From Mesotaenium endlicherianum (taxonomy: Eukaryota), in assembly GCA_009602735.1 (NCBI GenBank), contig WELA01003638.1:138925-202924 (forward strand): a stretch of 64,000 bases of DNA. Direction: 5' to 3'. The notes under the pieces were generated by a model. The model had not been told where the DNA came from, did no database searches, and saw only the letters and a program-made list of their open reading frames with translations. Position numbers and translations under genes: made by a program. Of this stretch, positions 28,101-41,500 are shown one piece after another. Numbering within the stretch: position 1 is the stretch's first letter; every line of letters begins with the position of its first letter.

Positions 28101-31100
28101 AGGCGGGAAGGCAGGCGGGGGGGCAGGCGGGATTGCCATGATGTATGTGAGCAAGCATACTATTGCATATGCAGCACAATCAACACAAGGGGCTTCTGGT
28201 CAGCCAGAAGAAGCCAGCACAACCACTAGTGAGAGTACGGTCAAGGGCCCGCAGCAACACCATGCAGGCCCACAGGGGCACAGCATTGTCAATGCGACAC
28301 ACACCTGTCTGGGCACTCGCCAGAGGCCTCAGCACGGGGCACTCAGAGCTTGCTCACGAGAACATCCGGAGGCCACATGACCCCCAAACTCGACTAGACT
28401 ACACATGCATACGTAGACAAGAAGCTGGGCAGACACAAGTGCTCTCTCCTTCTTTCCCTCCCCCACGTCCTCTGACAAAATGTACTCTCTCACCTCCGCC
28501 TTCTCTCCTTCTCCCACTTTCCCTCCCCTCTAACTCCCTATCCCCCTCCATCCGCCCTCCCTCGCTGCCTCCCAGTACAACCTCAACTCCAAAAGCCCCA
28601 ACCCCTGACACCCCGAAAGGGAGCCCTATGCCTGACGCACGCCCACCAAGAGAAAGTAGAGCACCAAGAAGAGCAGAGAATAGCAGAGCAGAGCAGACTA
28701 TCTTGTTCTTAGGCACACAGGCCCCTCCCGGCTGCACACGTGCACGCACAGACTGCGGCACGGCGGGGAGGGGAGGCGGTATAAAATCCAGAGCTATGTG
28801 GGTGCTGCATGCCACACGCACTTGGCTAACTGCCCAAAGCCTCCCCTGGAAGGGCAGGCAGCAAGCCCCAGAGTATTGCCGCCATGGCAGGCCCTCTGCA
28901 GCATCAGCCAGGCACCTCCCTCAACAATCCCAGGCGCTCGAGCACTACTCCACTCTCGTAGAGGTAGCAGCGCCCTCCAAGGGGGCGCCCGCACCCAGCG
29001 TGGCTGGCACACAGACTGCGTGAGGGCACCACGCACAAAGCCTTTCTGGAATTGAACCTCTCTCTCCCTCTCTCTCTCTCTCTCTCCCTCTCACAACTCA
29101 TAGCACCCAGCATGAGCCCCGGTCCTCATCTCTGATGACAGCAGCCCCTTCAGGGCAGCCCCAAGCAAGAAACTCCACCAGGCAGTCAGTGAGCGCAAGC
29201 CCTAAGCCTGTCGAGGGCAACCACAATCTCCTTCCCCTCAGGTTCACACCCTACAGCTTAAACCCCCTCAGGAGCCTGGAAGCTCCTAGGGGTCCAGCGT
29301 GTACGCATGCAAGTACACTGGCACGCACACGTGAACGTCCACTCACACGCACGCAAGCACACACATGTGGAGCACATACACACACATGGCCACACGCACA
29401 CATGGAGCGCACACACACGCACCCACACTTACGCTCACACACGGCACACAGACGCACACACCCGCGCGAGCATGCACGCACACGTGCAGGCAGGCATGCG
29501 TGCACGCACCTGCACGAGCGCGAAGCCGGCGGCGGCAATCTTGGTGTACTTCTGCACCTTCTTGCGGCCCGCCTCGCCCTCCTTCTTCTGCAGCTCCGCC
29601 AGCTTCGGGTACAGCGTGCCCAGCAGCTGGAACACGATCTGCGCGTTGATGTACGGCACGATGCCCAGCGAGAACAGCCCCAGCCGCCCAATGCCGCCGC
29701 CCGACAGCGTGTCCAGCGTGGACAGCAGCGTCCCGTCGCCCAGGTTGGCCGCCGCAAACGCCGCGCGGTCCACGCCCCACAGCGGGATGTACACGCCCAC
29801 GCGCGACAGCGCCAGCAGGCCCAGTAGCGTCAAGAACTTGGACGGCAGCTTGCCCTTGAAGAAGTCGCCAAACTCGATGCTCTTGTCCTCCACCGCCGCT
29901 GCCGCCCGTCACCACCCCCCCCCCCGCGCCCCCNNNNNNNNNNNNNNNNNNNNNNNNNNNNNNNNNNNNNNNNNNNNNNNNNNNNNNNNNNNNNNNNNNN
30001 NNNNNNNNNNNNNNNNNNNNNNNNNNNNNNNNNNNNNNNNNNNNNNNNNNNNNNNNNNNNNNNNNNNNNNNNNNNNNNNNNNNNNNNNNNNNNNNNNNNN
30101 NNNNNNNNNNNNNNNNNNNNNNNNNNNNNNNNNNNNNNNNNNNNNNNNNNNNNCCCCCCCCCCCTTTTGCACTTCGCCCCTCGTTTGGCTTTATTGCAAA
30201 AGCGATGGTATTCGCAATTGAGCCAGCCGCCACACAGGGAAGAGGAGAGACAGTGTAGGAGGTCAAAACAGAGTGCGGAGAGAGCGTGAAGGCTGGAAGT
30301 AGCAAAAGCGCTCCACATTTGCGACTCACTTGCCGATACACCCTATCGTCGTCTACGCGCCTGCCACAAACGCTGGAGTGATCGTGAGAGCCCCGGGAGA
30401 ACTTGCCCCGCCTGATCAGAACAGAACAGCTAGAGCAAGGACGGCGCCAGGGCAGCATCACGTCCACAACCGAAGAAAAGGGGAGAACGAACACCAGGAG
30501 TGGGGGGGCAGGAGGGGGAGGGGGGGGGTTTGCTCCAAGGTACAGGGTTCAGGGTCTTAGAAGCGAAAGCTCGGCAGCGGTATTAGCCTGGGGCTGGCAC
30601 ATGCAGCTCGGGGTCCGAGAGCGCAGGGGGGGGCAGGGGGCATGTACCAGCAGCACCGGAGGAGCGCTTGCCCCCCCCACTCATGGCCAGGGCCTGGCGA
30701 GCGAATCCCCCCCACTCATCCTCTTGCAAGGGAAGGCTGGCAGCCTCCCCCAGGCCCAGCGGGTCGAAAGCCCAGCCCTCCCCCTCCTCTGCCACCTCTA
30801 CCTGCCGGCGTGGCTTCCCGTCCTTCTTGCCCCTTCCCCCCGCCCTGCAGCCCCATGCGCTCGCAGGTGGAAAAACACGAGGGAGCGTCAAGGAGAGGGC
30901 AGAGGGGAACGTCCGAGTCTGAGGCGGATGCGAGCGCTCTGGAGGCGGGGGTGGTTCGGTCTGCGATGCTCGCCTGCTGGGAAGGCGTCAGCACTAGCAG
31001 GTGCAGATGCAGAGGACAAGTGCGCGGCGCCTGCGCTGTGGCGCGCTGAGCGCGGGCAGAGGGAGCGGGCTGCGGAGTCCCCAGCACGTTCTATCTCTTG

Positions 31101-31133
31101 CAGCAGACGCCTGGGGGCGCAGTAAGGTGGCAT
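25178..31133 (-). CDS. SCY1: Plastid preprotein translocase SecY (SCY1 type); 5' end uncertain beyond ~30850
   Basis: Exons encode FDPLGL, AAVEDKSIEFGDFFKGKLP...LSRVGVYIPL...SLGIVPYINAQIVFQLL, KLGNGTSVLI, EAERRIPINYA...AYLPFK|VNSSGVMPIIF, QLKRQGASIP...RPGKAT and GFAGTSVLILVGCATDTARKVQAELISQKY, matching plant SCY1. Confidence 0.93.
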
Positions 31134-31195
31134 TGCTGCAGCAGGCAGCAGGATGTGGCACACTACAATCGCTCCCACTGCCACTCTCTCTCTGT

Positions 31196-31199
<4 letters not shown>

Positions 31200-31275
<76 letters not shown>

Positions 31276-31331
31276 CCGTGTGTGTGTGTGTGTGTGTGTG
31301 TGCGCGTGTGTGTGTGGGCGCGCGCGCGCGT
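31200..31331. repeat. (TG)n microsatellite upstream of SCY1; similar TG/CA tracts at ~853-903, 27365-27590, 29320-29510 and 42070-42152
   Basis: Directly visible dinucleotide runs. Confidence 0.9.
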
Positions 31332-33352
31332 GTCCCATGGCTATGTAGGGGACATGGCAGGAATGAGGACCCGCCAGATTGGGACCCAAAAATTGGGAGA
31401 CAATACTTGTGGGAAAGCAATATTCAGACAAGGGGGGAGGAGAAAGGAGCCGCTGGTCGGACGACTTGCATGCACGAGCAGGGTTGTGACGCTCAGATGC
31501 ATGCAGCTGGTGCCTTTGCCGACTCCTATGAACACAAAAAGGAGACGCGTGCTAGGGGCCTACTTGCCTGCCAGGGCCCAAGCCCAGGAGCATGCATGCA
31601 AGCTGGTTAAAATCATGACTGGATACACCAAGTGCCTGACAAGACTAGTTTGAATGTAATTTGGAGGTGGTGCTCTAGCATTTCCCCCGCAGCAGCTTGC
31701 CCCCTCCCCAGGTATTCCCAACTGACAGCTAATTCTTGAAATACATCCTCGCTCCTGTCATATGCTGACCTGAGCAGCTTGCATGCAACCAGAGTAGGTG
31801 TGAAAAGGTCCCCAGAAGACGCAGCAGCTCAGAGCCAAAGCTGCAATTGTTGGCAATTGACACACACTCCAACTTTTGACCAGCTCAGGCCACAAGAGCT
31901 TCGAACTCTGCAGGCTGCTCCTTCCTCTCTTCACCTTCCACCAGGTGCACCTGTAGGCCCAGCAGTGCACCAGGTGCCCAGTGGCAGTGCCAACAGGCAG
32001 CCACGATGTCTGAGACGATTCGAATGTGAAGAAGGCTTCAGTACTTACTCTGCCTGCAAGTACTTTCACAAGTTCAGCTCACTCAAGGTCTTGCACCCTT
32101 CGAACTTCACAGACTCTCTAAAAAGCTTCAACTCACGTAACGACGGTGTTACAGGAAGCCTGTTCAGACCTCAGGACGAGTTAAGAGCTGGCTGGGATTG
32201 CTCGAACCGGAAGAGAGGCCCTACCAGCCAGGTAAAGAGGGCAGAATCCCTCGCCCGCTTTGGTCTCTACTGAAGGAGCCCCAGTTAAATGGAGAAGCTG
32301 CCACCATGTTGACAGTCGCCCGGCATGAGGCAAACCTTCGTGGTGGCCCCCTGATAACCTGGCGTTTTCTACAACCCTCGCCAAAAAATGTAGAAGCAAG
32401 TCTCAGGCAGGGTGGACTCGGAGAGTGGAGTAACAACGCCATGTTCGCCTTACCCTCTGCCCGACGAGACACTGATTATGCCTTCCGTAAGGCTGATGCA
32501 GGGCAAATATTTTCCTTGGTCAGTGGGCGTCATACAATCACCTCATGGATTACTATTTTCCTGGCCCTTGTTCCCTCGTTGTACAAAGTCCGTCGTGAAC
32601 CCCCCCTTCTCCGCCAAATTGTTCAGCATAGATGTCATTGGGGGACAATTGTCGCTGATCGAAAGCACAGGTTTCGGCGTGGACCAATGTGACGGTGGAT
32701 CGATCAAAGCCGATTGGCCATCGTGAGACCTTCGAGCGTTTCCCAATTGACGGCCCAGATAGAGGCAAAGTGGAGGCACTTTTCTGGGGACTTTAAGTTG
32801 ACCTGGACAAAATCTAATGCTTACCAGGTCGGGTCCACAGTTGACCAAGGATTAGACGAAGACGGTCTTCATTAATTGCCTCAGGTTTGCATGCCTTCAC
32901 CACAATATGCAGAACTGTACGCACTAGAAAACAACGGAATGTGTAACCTGGGTATGAACGTTCTGATTGATAATATATATGGATATAACTTACTATATGT
33001 CGACTGTACTGCCCAATCAGGACGCTTTGGAGTGAACGTCGGATCTGAAAACATCTGCAAAAGGCAATTGGGAATCCGGCTGTTATCATCCTACTGGCTC
33101 AAACCAAGCCAGCACCATAACAGATAGGAGCAGCATCGCTGCCACCGATTCCTATGCCGCCGTCCACATCCAGCGGCTATGACATTACCTGCTTCCATTA
33201 ACGAGCCACGGTGGGAAAGTGAAGGGTACCCTCATCTGAGCACTCAGGAAGCACTGTCAAACAAGTGATCATCCCTCGTCAACAGGCAGGTTGCTCGTTC
33301 TTACCCATTTGTTAGCGAGAGATTAGTTTCGTCTAGCTATTCTCTTGTAACA

Positions 33353-34549
33353 ATGGCCGCCCTCGCTGCTAGCCACGCCTTGACGGCATCCAACTCTTTC
33401 CTGGCATCGAAGCTCGATGTCCAGAAGACACAGCTCAAGACCTCTGTGTCCCAGGCATTCGGTGTGAAGAATGTAGCCAGAGTGTCCTGCTCAGCAGAGG
33501 AGTCCAGCGTGCAGAGCTTCGTGAAGAAGTGCTCTGATGCCTCCAAGGCTGCGGCCCTTGCCCTTATGTCCTCGGCTGTTATTGCTCAGGCAAGTGTGCT
33601 TCTTCTTAACGTAATTGTGAACCAACTTATTATTTGGCTCTGAACAAACGGTTGCTTGTTGGAACAAGTGGCAAAGAGGGTGGGCCCTCTTTTGGGAGTG
33701 GTTTTGGTGATAATTCATTAGTAAAGTGATCGGTGATAACTGATTGGTCATTTGTGTCTAAGCGATGGAGTACTTTGCTTCTTTGTACAGGGAGCATACG
33801 CTGAGGGAGTCCCCGCCAGGTTGACCTTCGATGAGCTTCAGGGAAAGACTTACTCAGAGTTGAAGGGAACAGGCATTGCCAACCAGTGCCCAGTTGTCGA
33901 CGGTGGTGCTGACGGCTTCAAGTTTGGCCCTGGAAAGTACCAGTTGAAGAAGTTGTGCCTTGAGCCCACTTCCTTCACTGTCAAGGCTGAGAACCCTTTC
34001 AGCAAGACTGGAGATGAATCTTACCAGAGCACAAAGTTGATGACTAGACTCACCTACACTTTGGATGAAGTTGAGGGTCCCTTCACCGTCAACGGTGACG
34101 GCTCAGTCAACTTCAAGGAGGTTGACGGTATTGACTACGCAGCAGTCACAGTGCAGCTTGCCGGTGGTGAGAGGGTGCCGTTCCTTTTCACCATTAAGGA
34201 GCTGAATGCCTCAGGCACCCCCGACTCTTTCGGAGGACAGTTCTCAGTCCCCTCTTACAGAGGTTCGTCCTTCTTGGACCCCAAGGGCCGTGGTGGCTCC
34301 ACCGGATACGACAACGCTGTTGCCCTTCCCGCTGGTGGTCGTGGTGATGAGGAGGAGCTCGAGAAGGAGAACACCAAGAACACTGCTGCTTTGAACGGCA
34401 ACATTACATTGAGCGTGGCAAAGAGCAACCCTGAGACTGGCGAGATTGCTGGCATCTTCAGGTCCATCCAGCCTTCCGACACTGACTTGGGCTCCAAGGC
34501 TCCCAAGGATGTCAAGATTGAGGGTATCTGGTATGCTCAATTGGAGTAA
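33353..34549 (+). CDS. psbO: Photosystem II oxygen-evolving enhancer protein 1, with bipartite transit peptide and one intron (33590-33790)
   Basis: Mature part [12 protein letters not shown]...GTGIANQCP...[11 protein letters not shown]...[12 protein letters not shown]...[29 protein letters not shown]...QPSDTDLG...GIWYAQLE. Thylakoid AxA cleavage site AYA|EG. Exon 1 is a Ser/Ala-rich transit peptide. Confidence 0.98.
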
Positions 34550-35544
34550 ATTTGTAGACTTAACAATAGCACTATAATTAAGCAGGTTTTGTACAATTAG
34601 TACTACTGTAGAGTTGAGAGTCTTATCTGTATAGAGTTTTTGGTACAATTCAGAACAGCACATGATTGTGTGCGATGATGGGCACTTCTCGTTGTATTGG
34701 TATCATATTTGGTGAACCCGATGAATACATTGTATACTCAACTTGCTCCCTTCAACTTCACAATGCATATTCTCTGAGCCTTTTGTAAGTAATTTCCACC
34801 ATCCTTTCACGGAGATGATACTAATGACTTGTAAATGACCCCTGGTGATTCTGTACAACCTAACCTCCCCTCCAGTTTGCTTGTTCAGCACCTGCTTGCA
34901 GTCTTATTCACCTGACCGAGTATCGTTGTTGATCTCCTGCCTGTTCATGTATCCCTTCTTTACACAAACCCTTTGTGCCGTACTTCGTGTGCATGAACCC
35001 TTGACATGAAAGCACAGGATTCCTGGTGAACAAATGCAGGATGTTCACAATTATTTTAGTGATTTGTAGGGTTCTTTTGAGTCTTGTGATCAATCACTGC
35101 AGAGGTCATCTGCCAGAGTCAAGAACAAGGGCATTGTCTTGAAGGGGTTAGCTAGTGTGTTAGTCCGGGGCAGCAGCTCCTTGTCTGTGTTGCAGGAAAT
35201 GGACTGGGCAACATTCAAAAAATTGCTCTCAGAAGGTCTCAGGTGTCGATAACATTGACTCGGACATGATTGTACCCTATGCACTGGGTTCTTATTGCAA
35301 TTTCGCACAAAAATGTTTGCGTGCCAAGGGATGATGTGCGGCTCAAAGATCAAGTTTCCCTTCATGTCTGCATACTCGCTCAATTTGTCTTAAGATGTAC
35401 ATAAGTAGAAAGGTGCTTCATTCAAAGCAGAACAAGGTATGGCTTGGTCAACAAATGAGTGACTGTAGTCAAGAATTGAGACAAGGTGAGTTAGAATAAA
35501 GAAGGGAGGCATGCAGCCCAAGAAAGGGCTGCCGCTTGGATTAG

Positions 35545-38500
35545 TCAACCATCTACTTTAGCGGCACCAGATGTTAAAGAAGAGAAAAGACTGGTGGCTC
35601 GTGAGGGTAGCATGTCTCCCAATGTCGAGATGTTTCGGCCCACTTGACCGTCGGTTACAATGGAGCCCAGCTTCATCGCCCCACTCTCCATCTGCAAAAG
35701 CCACAAATATAGCGCACAGAAAGCCCGAGTTACTATGGGTGACGAACTTGACATCAGCACATCTCTCGCCACGCAGACCCTAGGGATTGGCCTATGCTCC
35801 GCCAAACCTCCACATCCAACTTGCAGCCTGAAGGACCATGACTTAGTCGAAATTGCTGACGTTGGCATATATACCCATGGACGCCCACAAAAAAACACGA
35901 GAGGAACAGCAGCTCCGCGATATTGGAAAGGGGTCTGAGCCATATGCATATGTCCTACTTTCTCCATACCGCGCCTGCTGCAGTATCTGAAGTTTATGAC
36001 GCACCTGGCCCATGAGGGACTTGAAGAGTGGTTTGGCAGCTCCGATTGATGCCAAACCGGCAGCGTCTGCAAAAGAGAAGCCTCCACCTTCCCCATTGCT
36101 GGTAGCAGTCCAGGAGTTGACATCTGGCGTATCCAGATGCACTGCCTTCCTTGACCCTTGTGCAGCCGAGGAGCCTCCATTGGGCATCAGCATTGGAGCA
36201 CTGCACAGTGGGCCCAAGATCAAACAGAAATAAGAAGAAAACCAATCAGCAGCATTACAAGACGTTGCCGCACACTGCATCACTCACGGCTCACAGCGGG
36301 CTTGCAATGGCAGTCACTCCACGTGGTGCACAAGGTTACCAAAGAACACGCTGTGCTCCGGCACTGCACGACACATTGAGGAAAGACATGAGACCGTGGG
36401 TTGCCAATCTCACCGAGCCCTCGGCATGCATGAGCATCTACAGCTCACAGAAGATGCAGCAGCCTGCAGCTGCAGGGAACAACAACGCGAAGATTGCAGT
36501 AGCCTACCTGATGGGGAGGTACACAAAGCGCCTGTAGGGGGGCGCCATGTCCAGCGTGTTGGCGTCCGCTGCCGAGTGCAGGGTGGGGGCCGCGTCCGTG
36601 TGCAGCCGCGACAGCTGAATGAGCGAGCCCAGCAGCACTGAGCAGCGCTGGTAGTACCGCTGCTCGTTCATCCACAAGTAGTGTTCGTACCTGCAGCACC
36701 CACGCACCCAGAGTGTGAAATGGAGCTGATGATTCGACGCCCCACGCCAGAGCTCGCTCCATGACCAGGCGGGCGGGTGCACAGGCAGCCACTGCCAGAG
36801 AGTTTGTGTCAAGGGCGTGGAAGTGGCAGGCAACATTGCCGGCTGGAGCATGAAACTAGGCACACGAACGAGAGGGGGGAATGGAGGGAGGCAAGGAGAC
36901 AGAGACAGCAACATACAGACAGAAGCACACATACATAGAAACGAGCCGGCAAACAGACACGGCTAGCCGGCCTGTGCTGCGTTATAAGGAACTGTAAACA
37001 TAGGACAGACACAATGAGAGCACCGTGGGTACTGCAGATGCATTGCAATTCAGAGTCTCTGCGGAGCCTGCTTGCTGCAGCTGACCCAGCGACGAGTACA
37101 AGCCACAAGGCAGCTGGAGTGGCAAGGCGGGGGACGGCCCACAAGTGTCCCCATGCCGTGGCAGGCAACATCTCAACAAGCAACTGCCCCGCCTGCATAA
37201 CCCACCCACCTCAAACTTGGAAGCTCGGAAGAATCCAGCATCGCACGAGAGGACACACGCAGACGTGTACACATATGCGCACGTAGCATGCGCACCCAAG
37301 TATGCAGGGAGGATCACATCTACAGTTTTTAAGAATGCGCTCCTCAGGTAAACCTCATGAGGGCGCCTGTTCGGCCCCTTCGGCAGTACGGGAAGGACCC
37401 GCCTCGTAGCAGGCAAGGAGGCAAGGAGGCAAGGAGGAGGGAGGGAGGGAGAGCACGTGCGCGACTCTCACGTGGCCCAGTCGATGGGGTCCAGCCGGCT
37501 GGTGAGCAAGTTCTCCACCGCCGTGAAGCGCAGCTTGCGTGCGCGCTCGCCCTTCTCCACCTTGGGCGCCTTGGGCCGCTTGTGCGCGCCCGCGCTCGTG
37601 CCCACGCCCAGCCGCGAGTACACCGGTCCCGCGGCCGAGCTGGCGGCGTCCTCGTCGTCGAGCGCCTGCAGCGACTGCTGCGTGATGTCCACGCCCCCCG
37701 ACAGGACCTCGCTCAGAAACCGCAGGTCGAACAGCAGCTGCAGAAGGCCCTTCTCCGACACCCGGCTGTCCATTACGCTGGCATCCGACGTCATCTCCTC
37801 GTACGCCGACAGCACCTGCACCCACAAGAGAAAAGAACCGCCACCCCGAAGCGACGACCGTGAGATAGATGCGCGACTATGTCAAGCGCTGTGCTGTCAG
37901 TCTAAGGAGATGGTTGGTGTTTAAGGTTGTGCAACGAAGAGGGAGACAAGAATGGACTGCGGCCCGTGCCATTGGCTTCAGGTCAGCATGACCCCCAAGT
38001 CTAGCGCCCTGCATTTTGCCTCTCTCTCGCCGAAAGTGCAATCAACCCCCCCTTCCCTACACTTGCCATGAAAAGAGAAGGGCGCAAGAGCGCTTGAAGG
38101 GACAAGAACAGAAACAAAACAACAAGAAGCGGACTCGAGTGAACGTATGACTAAGGGGAAGTTGTGGGCACCTCTTCAGAGAGCTTCCAGGCAAACAGGC
38201 GCAGCACCGCCTTGTCCAACGTGTGGCTGCCCACTCTGTGGATCTCGCGGCATCCCGCATACAGGAAGGCCAGCGTGTGCGGCGAGGGCATGGCCGGCAG
38301 CGACATGCGCATCTCCACCTCCTGCCCCCCTTCCTCCTCTTGCCTCAGCACCGTCTCCTCCCATCCCTGGCCCCACGTGAGCCCACTCACGCGCACACAC
38401 AGAGCCACACATCATCATCAGCTTTCGATGTCTATGATGCTGCTGCTGTCTGACACAGCAAAGTCTTCTACAGGGTGGGACAGCTCCTGAAGGACATGTA

Positions 38501-41500
38501 GGGAGGGGCATGCGTAGATATGTATGGAGGAGAGGGAGGGGGGGGAGGGGAAAGATTGTTAAGCAACTGCTTTTGAAGATTGCACCCAGTCTTCAATCAT
38601 TCACGTGCTCAGCACTCAGCACCATGCAGCAGAATGTGGCTTGGCTCAAGAACTAATCTGGGGGTAAAGTAAGGCTGACGCTCCAAAAGCAAGCAGTAAC
38701 GCTGTGCGGGGACCAATCAGTGGGCGAGTGACTCCCAATCAGCTACCATCCGCAAACAAGCAACCTAAAAGACATCTTGGGCCCCGTCCCCTGAAGGACG
38801 ACGCGGAAAGGGGACCACCACCCTGCCGTACCTTGAGCGGACTGATGGTGGCCAGGCTGTCGTCCTTCCGGAGGTTCTCCACGAAGGTGGCCGCCAGCTG
38901 CCGCGTGCTCCAGCCCACCCACACCTGGTGCGCCGCGATGCTGACGCGCCGCAGCTCCTTCTGGAGCTCGCGCAGCTTCTGCGAGTGGCCCTCGCCCCTG
39001 TCGCCGTAGTCGCTGGAGCTCCTCCTCCCAAGCCGCCGATGGGGCGCATCGTAGGGCGAAACCTCTGCGTCCGTTCCGATCCAGCTGCCCTTCCTGGGCA
39101 GCGGCGGAACGCCTGGGCACAGAAGAGGGTACCGAACCGTCACACACGCGCACCACAGACGCGCACAAATGCGGAGGCAGGGAAAGAGCAGGCACACCCC
39201 ATACACGATCTTAAGAGCATTTGATGCACACAAGGCACAAGGACGTGCCCACCCAGCAATAAAATTAACAATTACGGTGGACGCAGTCAACCCGACCCAG
39301 CACAGAAGCAGCATAGATGCTGAGGTAGTGCACCGAGAGGGGAGCAAGGTGAGACAGGGAAGGGGGGGGGGGGGGGGNNNNNNNNNNNNNNNNNNNNNNN
39401 NNNNNNNNNNNNNNNNNNNNNNNNNNNNNNNNNNNNNNNNNNNNNNNNNNNNNNNNNNNNNNNNNNNNNNNNNNNNNNNNNNNNNNNNNNNNNNNNNNNN
39501 NNNNNNNNNNNNNNNNNNNNNNNNNNNNNNNNNNNNNNNNNNNNNNNNNNNNNNNNNNNNNNNNNNNNNNNNNNNNNNNNNNNNNNNNNNNNNNNNNNNN
39601 NNNNNNNNNNNNNNNNNNNNNNNNNNNNNNNNNNNNNNNNNNNNNNNNNNNNNNNNNNNNNNNNNNNNNNNNNNNNNNNNNNNNNNNNNNNNNNNNNNNN
39701 NNNNNNNNNNNNNNNNNNNNNNNNNNNNNNNNNNNNNNNNNNNNNNNNNNNNNNNNNNNNNNNNNNNNNNNNNNNNNNNNNNNNNNNNNNNNNNNNNNNN
39801 NNNNNNNNNNNNNNNNNNNNNNNNNNNNNNNNNNNNNNNNNNNNNNNNNNNNNNNNNNNNNNNNNNNNNNNNNNNNNNNNNNNNNNNNNNNNNNNNNNNN
39901 NNNNNNNNGGGGGGGGGGGGGGGGAGGGGAGAGCGGAGGGGTGGCGCAGGCTTTGAGGGCATCTCTGTGGAGCTGACCTGATGTGGAGACATTTGAGGGA
40001 AGGGACGTCGACACCTGGGTCCAGCTTGAGGGGGGGCCTAGCACGACGGGCAGGGAGACGGAGTACTGGCCAAGGGCGGCCGAGAAGCGGCCGATGAGGA
40101 GCGCCTTCTCGACGACGGCGGCCGCCGCGTCCGGGGGCGGGCTGCTGGCCATGGCACTGGAGAGGGCCTCCAGGCGCTGCTCGAGGTCCCTGACTATGAG
40201 GGAGATGGAGGAGTGGCAGCGCTCCTGCAGGTAGGGGCCCAGGACCTTGGTCCTCGGCGCGCCATCTGGGCCCCGCAGCAGGCATACGACGTCGCCCAGG
40301 ACCTCCTGCAAGCTGTTGTCCACGTCGTCGCGCAGCCTGGTTACCTGCCAGAGGGAGAGAAGCAGAGGGGAAGTGGCAAGGAAGGGTGGGGTGGGCACGG
40401 GATAAGCCTCGCCCAGGCTTGAAGGGGATAAGGCCCGTTCGAAGGAAGGAGCGAGGTGTAGCCACAGAGCTTTGCACCTTTTGCAGTCACCTCGGCATTT
40501 AAATTTGCTCGTCCCCAAACCCCGGGGGAAGCAGGCGAGGGCAAAGAGACCACTCCCCATTGATTGTGCTCGGTTTGGCGAGCAACTACGCAAGGTCGCG
40601 CCAGCAAATGAGCGTTTCATGTCACATGTTTCAAGTGTCCCCAGGAAGCTCTAAGATGGAAGCACTTGCCACTGAGTCCACCCGCGTCGTAAGCCTGTGT
40701 GCAGCACACGCGCCTCTGGATGGGGGCAGCGGGCGGCGGGCAGGGGGCGGCAGGGGTGCCTGCACCCACCTCGGGGCTGAAGAAGGCGTTCTTGGCGCTG
40801 AACCAGTCCTTGTCGTCGGCGGCGGCCACACGCCACGCCAGCCCGCCGCTGCCCTCCACCTTCTCCATCTCGATCTCGCCCCTCCTGTTCACCGCCACCC
40901 CCTCGCGGCTCGCCGACGGCTGCACGGCGTCCAGGCACCTGGCGACCTCGCCTGCCGTCTTGAGCGCGTCAAAGGCCGAGTCCACGATGCGCTGCGCGCG
41001 CCGTGTGAACAGGCCCTCAAAGAGAGCGTTCCAGAGGTCCAGGGGGCCCTTGAGCAAGAGATCGCAGATGCACTCCCAGAGGTTGGACTCCGGGGCTGCC
41101 CCGTAGGCGCTGGCCAGCCACCCCATGCTGCTCCTGAAGGTGTTCTGGTTGGCAATTTCCGTTCGCACTGTGGCCTCCGCCTCTGCCAGCTCTCTGGCGC
41201 TTCTCACCGGCTCCAAAAGCGTCTGCCCCTCCTCTGCAGGAAATAAAAAAGAAGCGCCAGCGTAGGAGCAACGGAGGGCGGTAAGTGGGTGAGGAAGGAG
41301 ACGAGCAACACAGCAAGGGCGTACACCCAGCCCAGCCCGTCTCTAGGGCAGGGGTCTCTTTGCATCTGCCAGTTGCTCGCAGTTGTGCGCACCCAAGGGG
41401 GTTGGGCTCTCCAAGGGTGACCTCTCCAAGGGCTGGCCTCTCCGAATGCTGCCCCTTCTCATCTGGCTTCAGCAGCCTGTCGACGTGACATCGTCCACCT

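Noticed and set aside
27291..31653. Long ORFs rich in HT/CV dipeptides or spanning X runs
   Set aside because: Translations of CA/TG microsatellites, N gaps or the antisense strand of GC-rich SCY1 exons.
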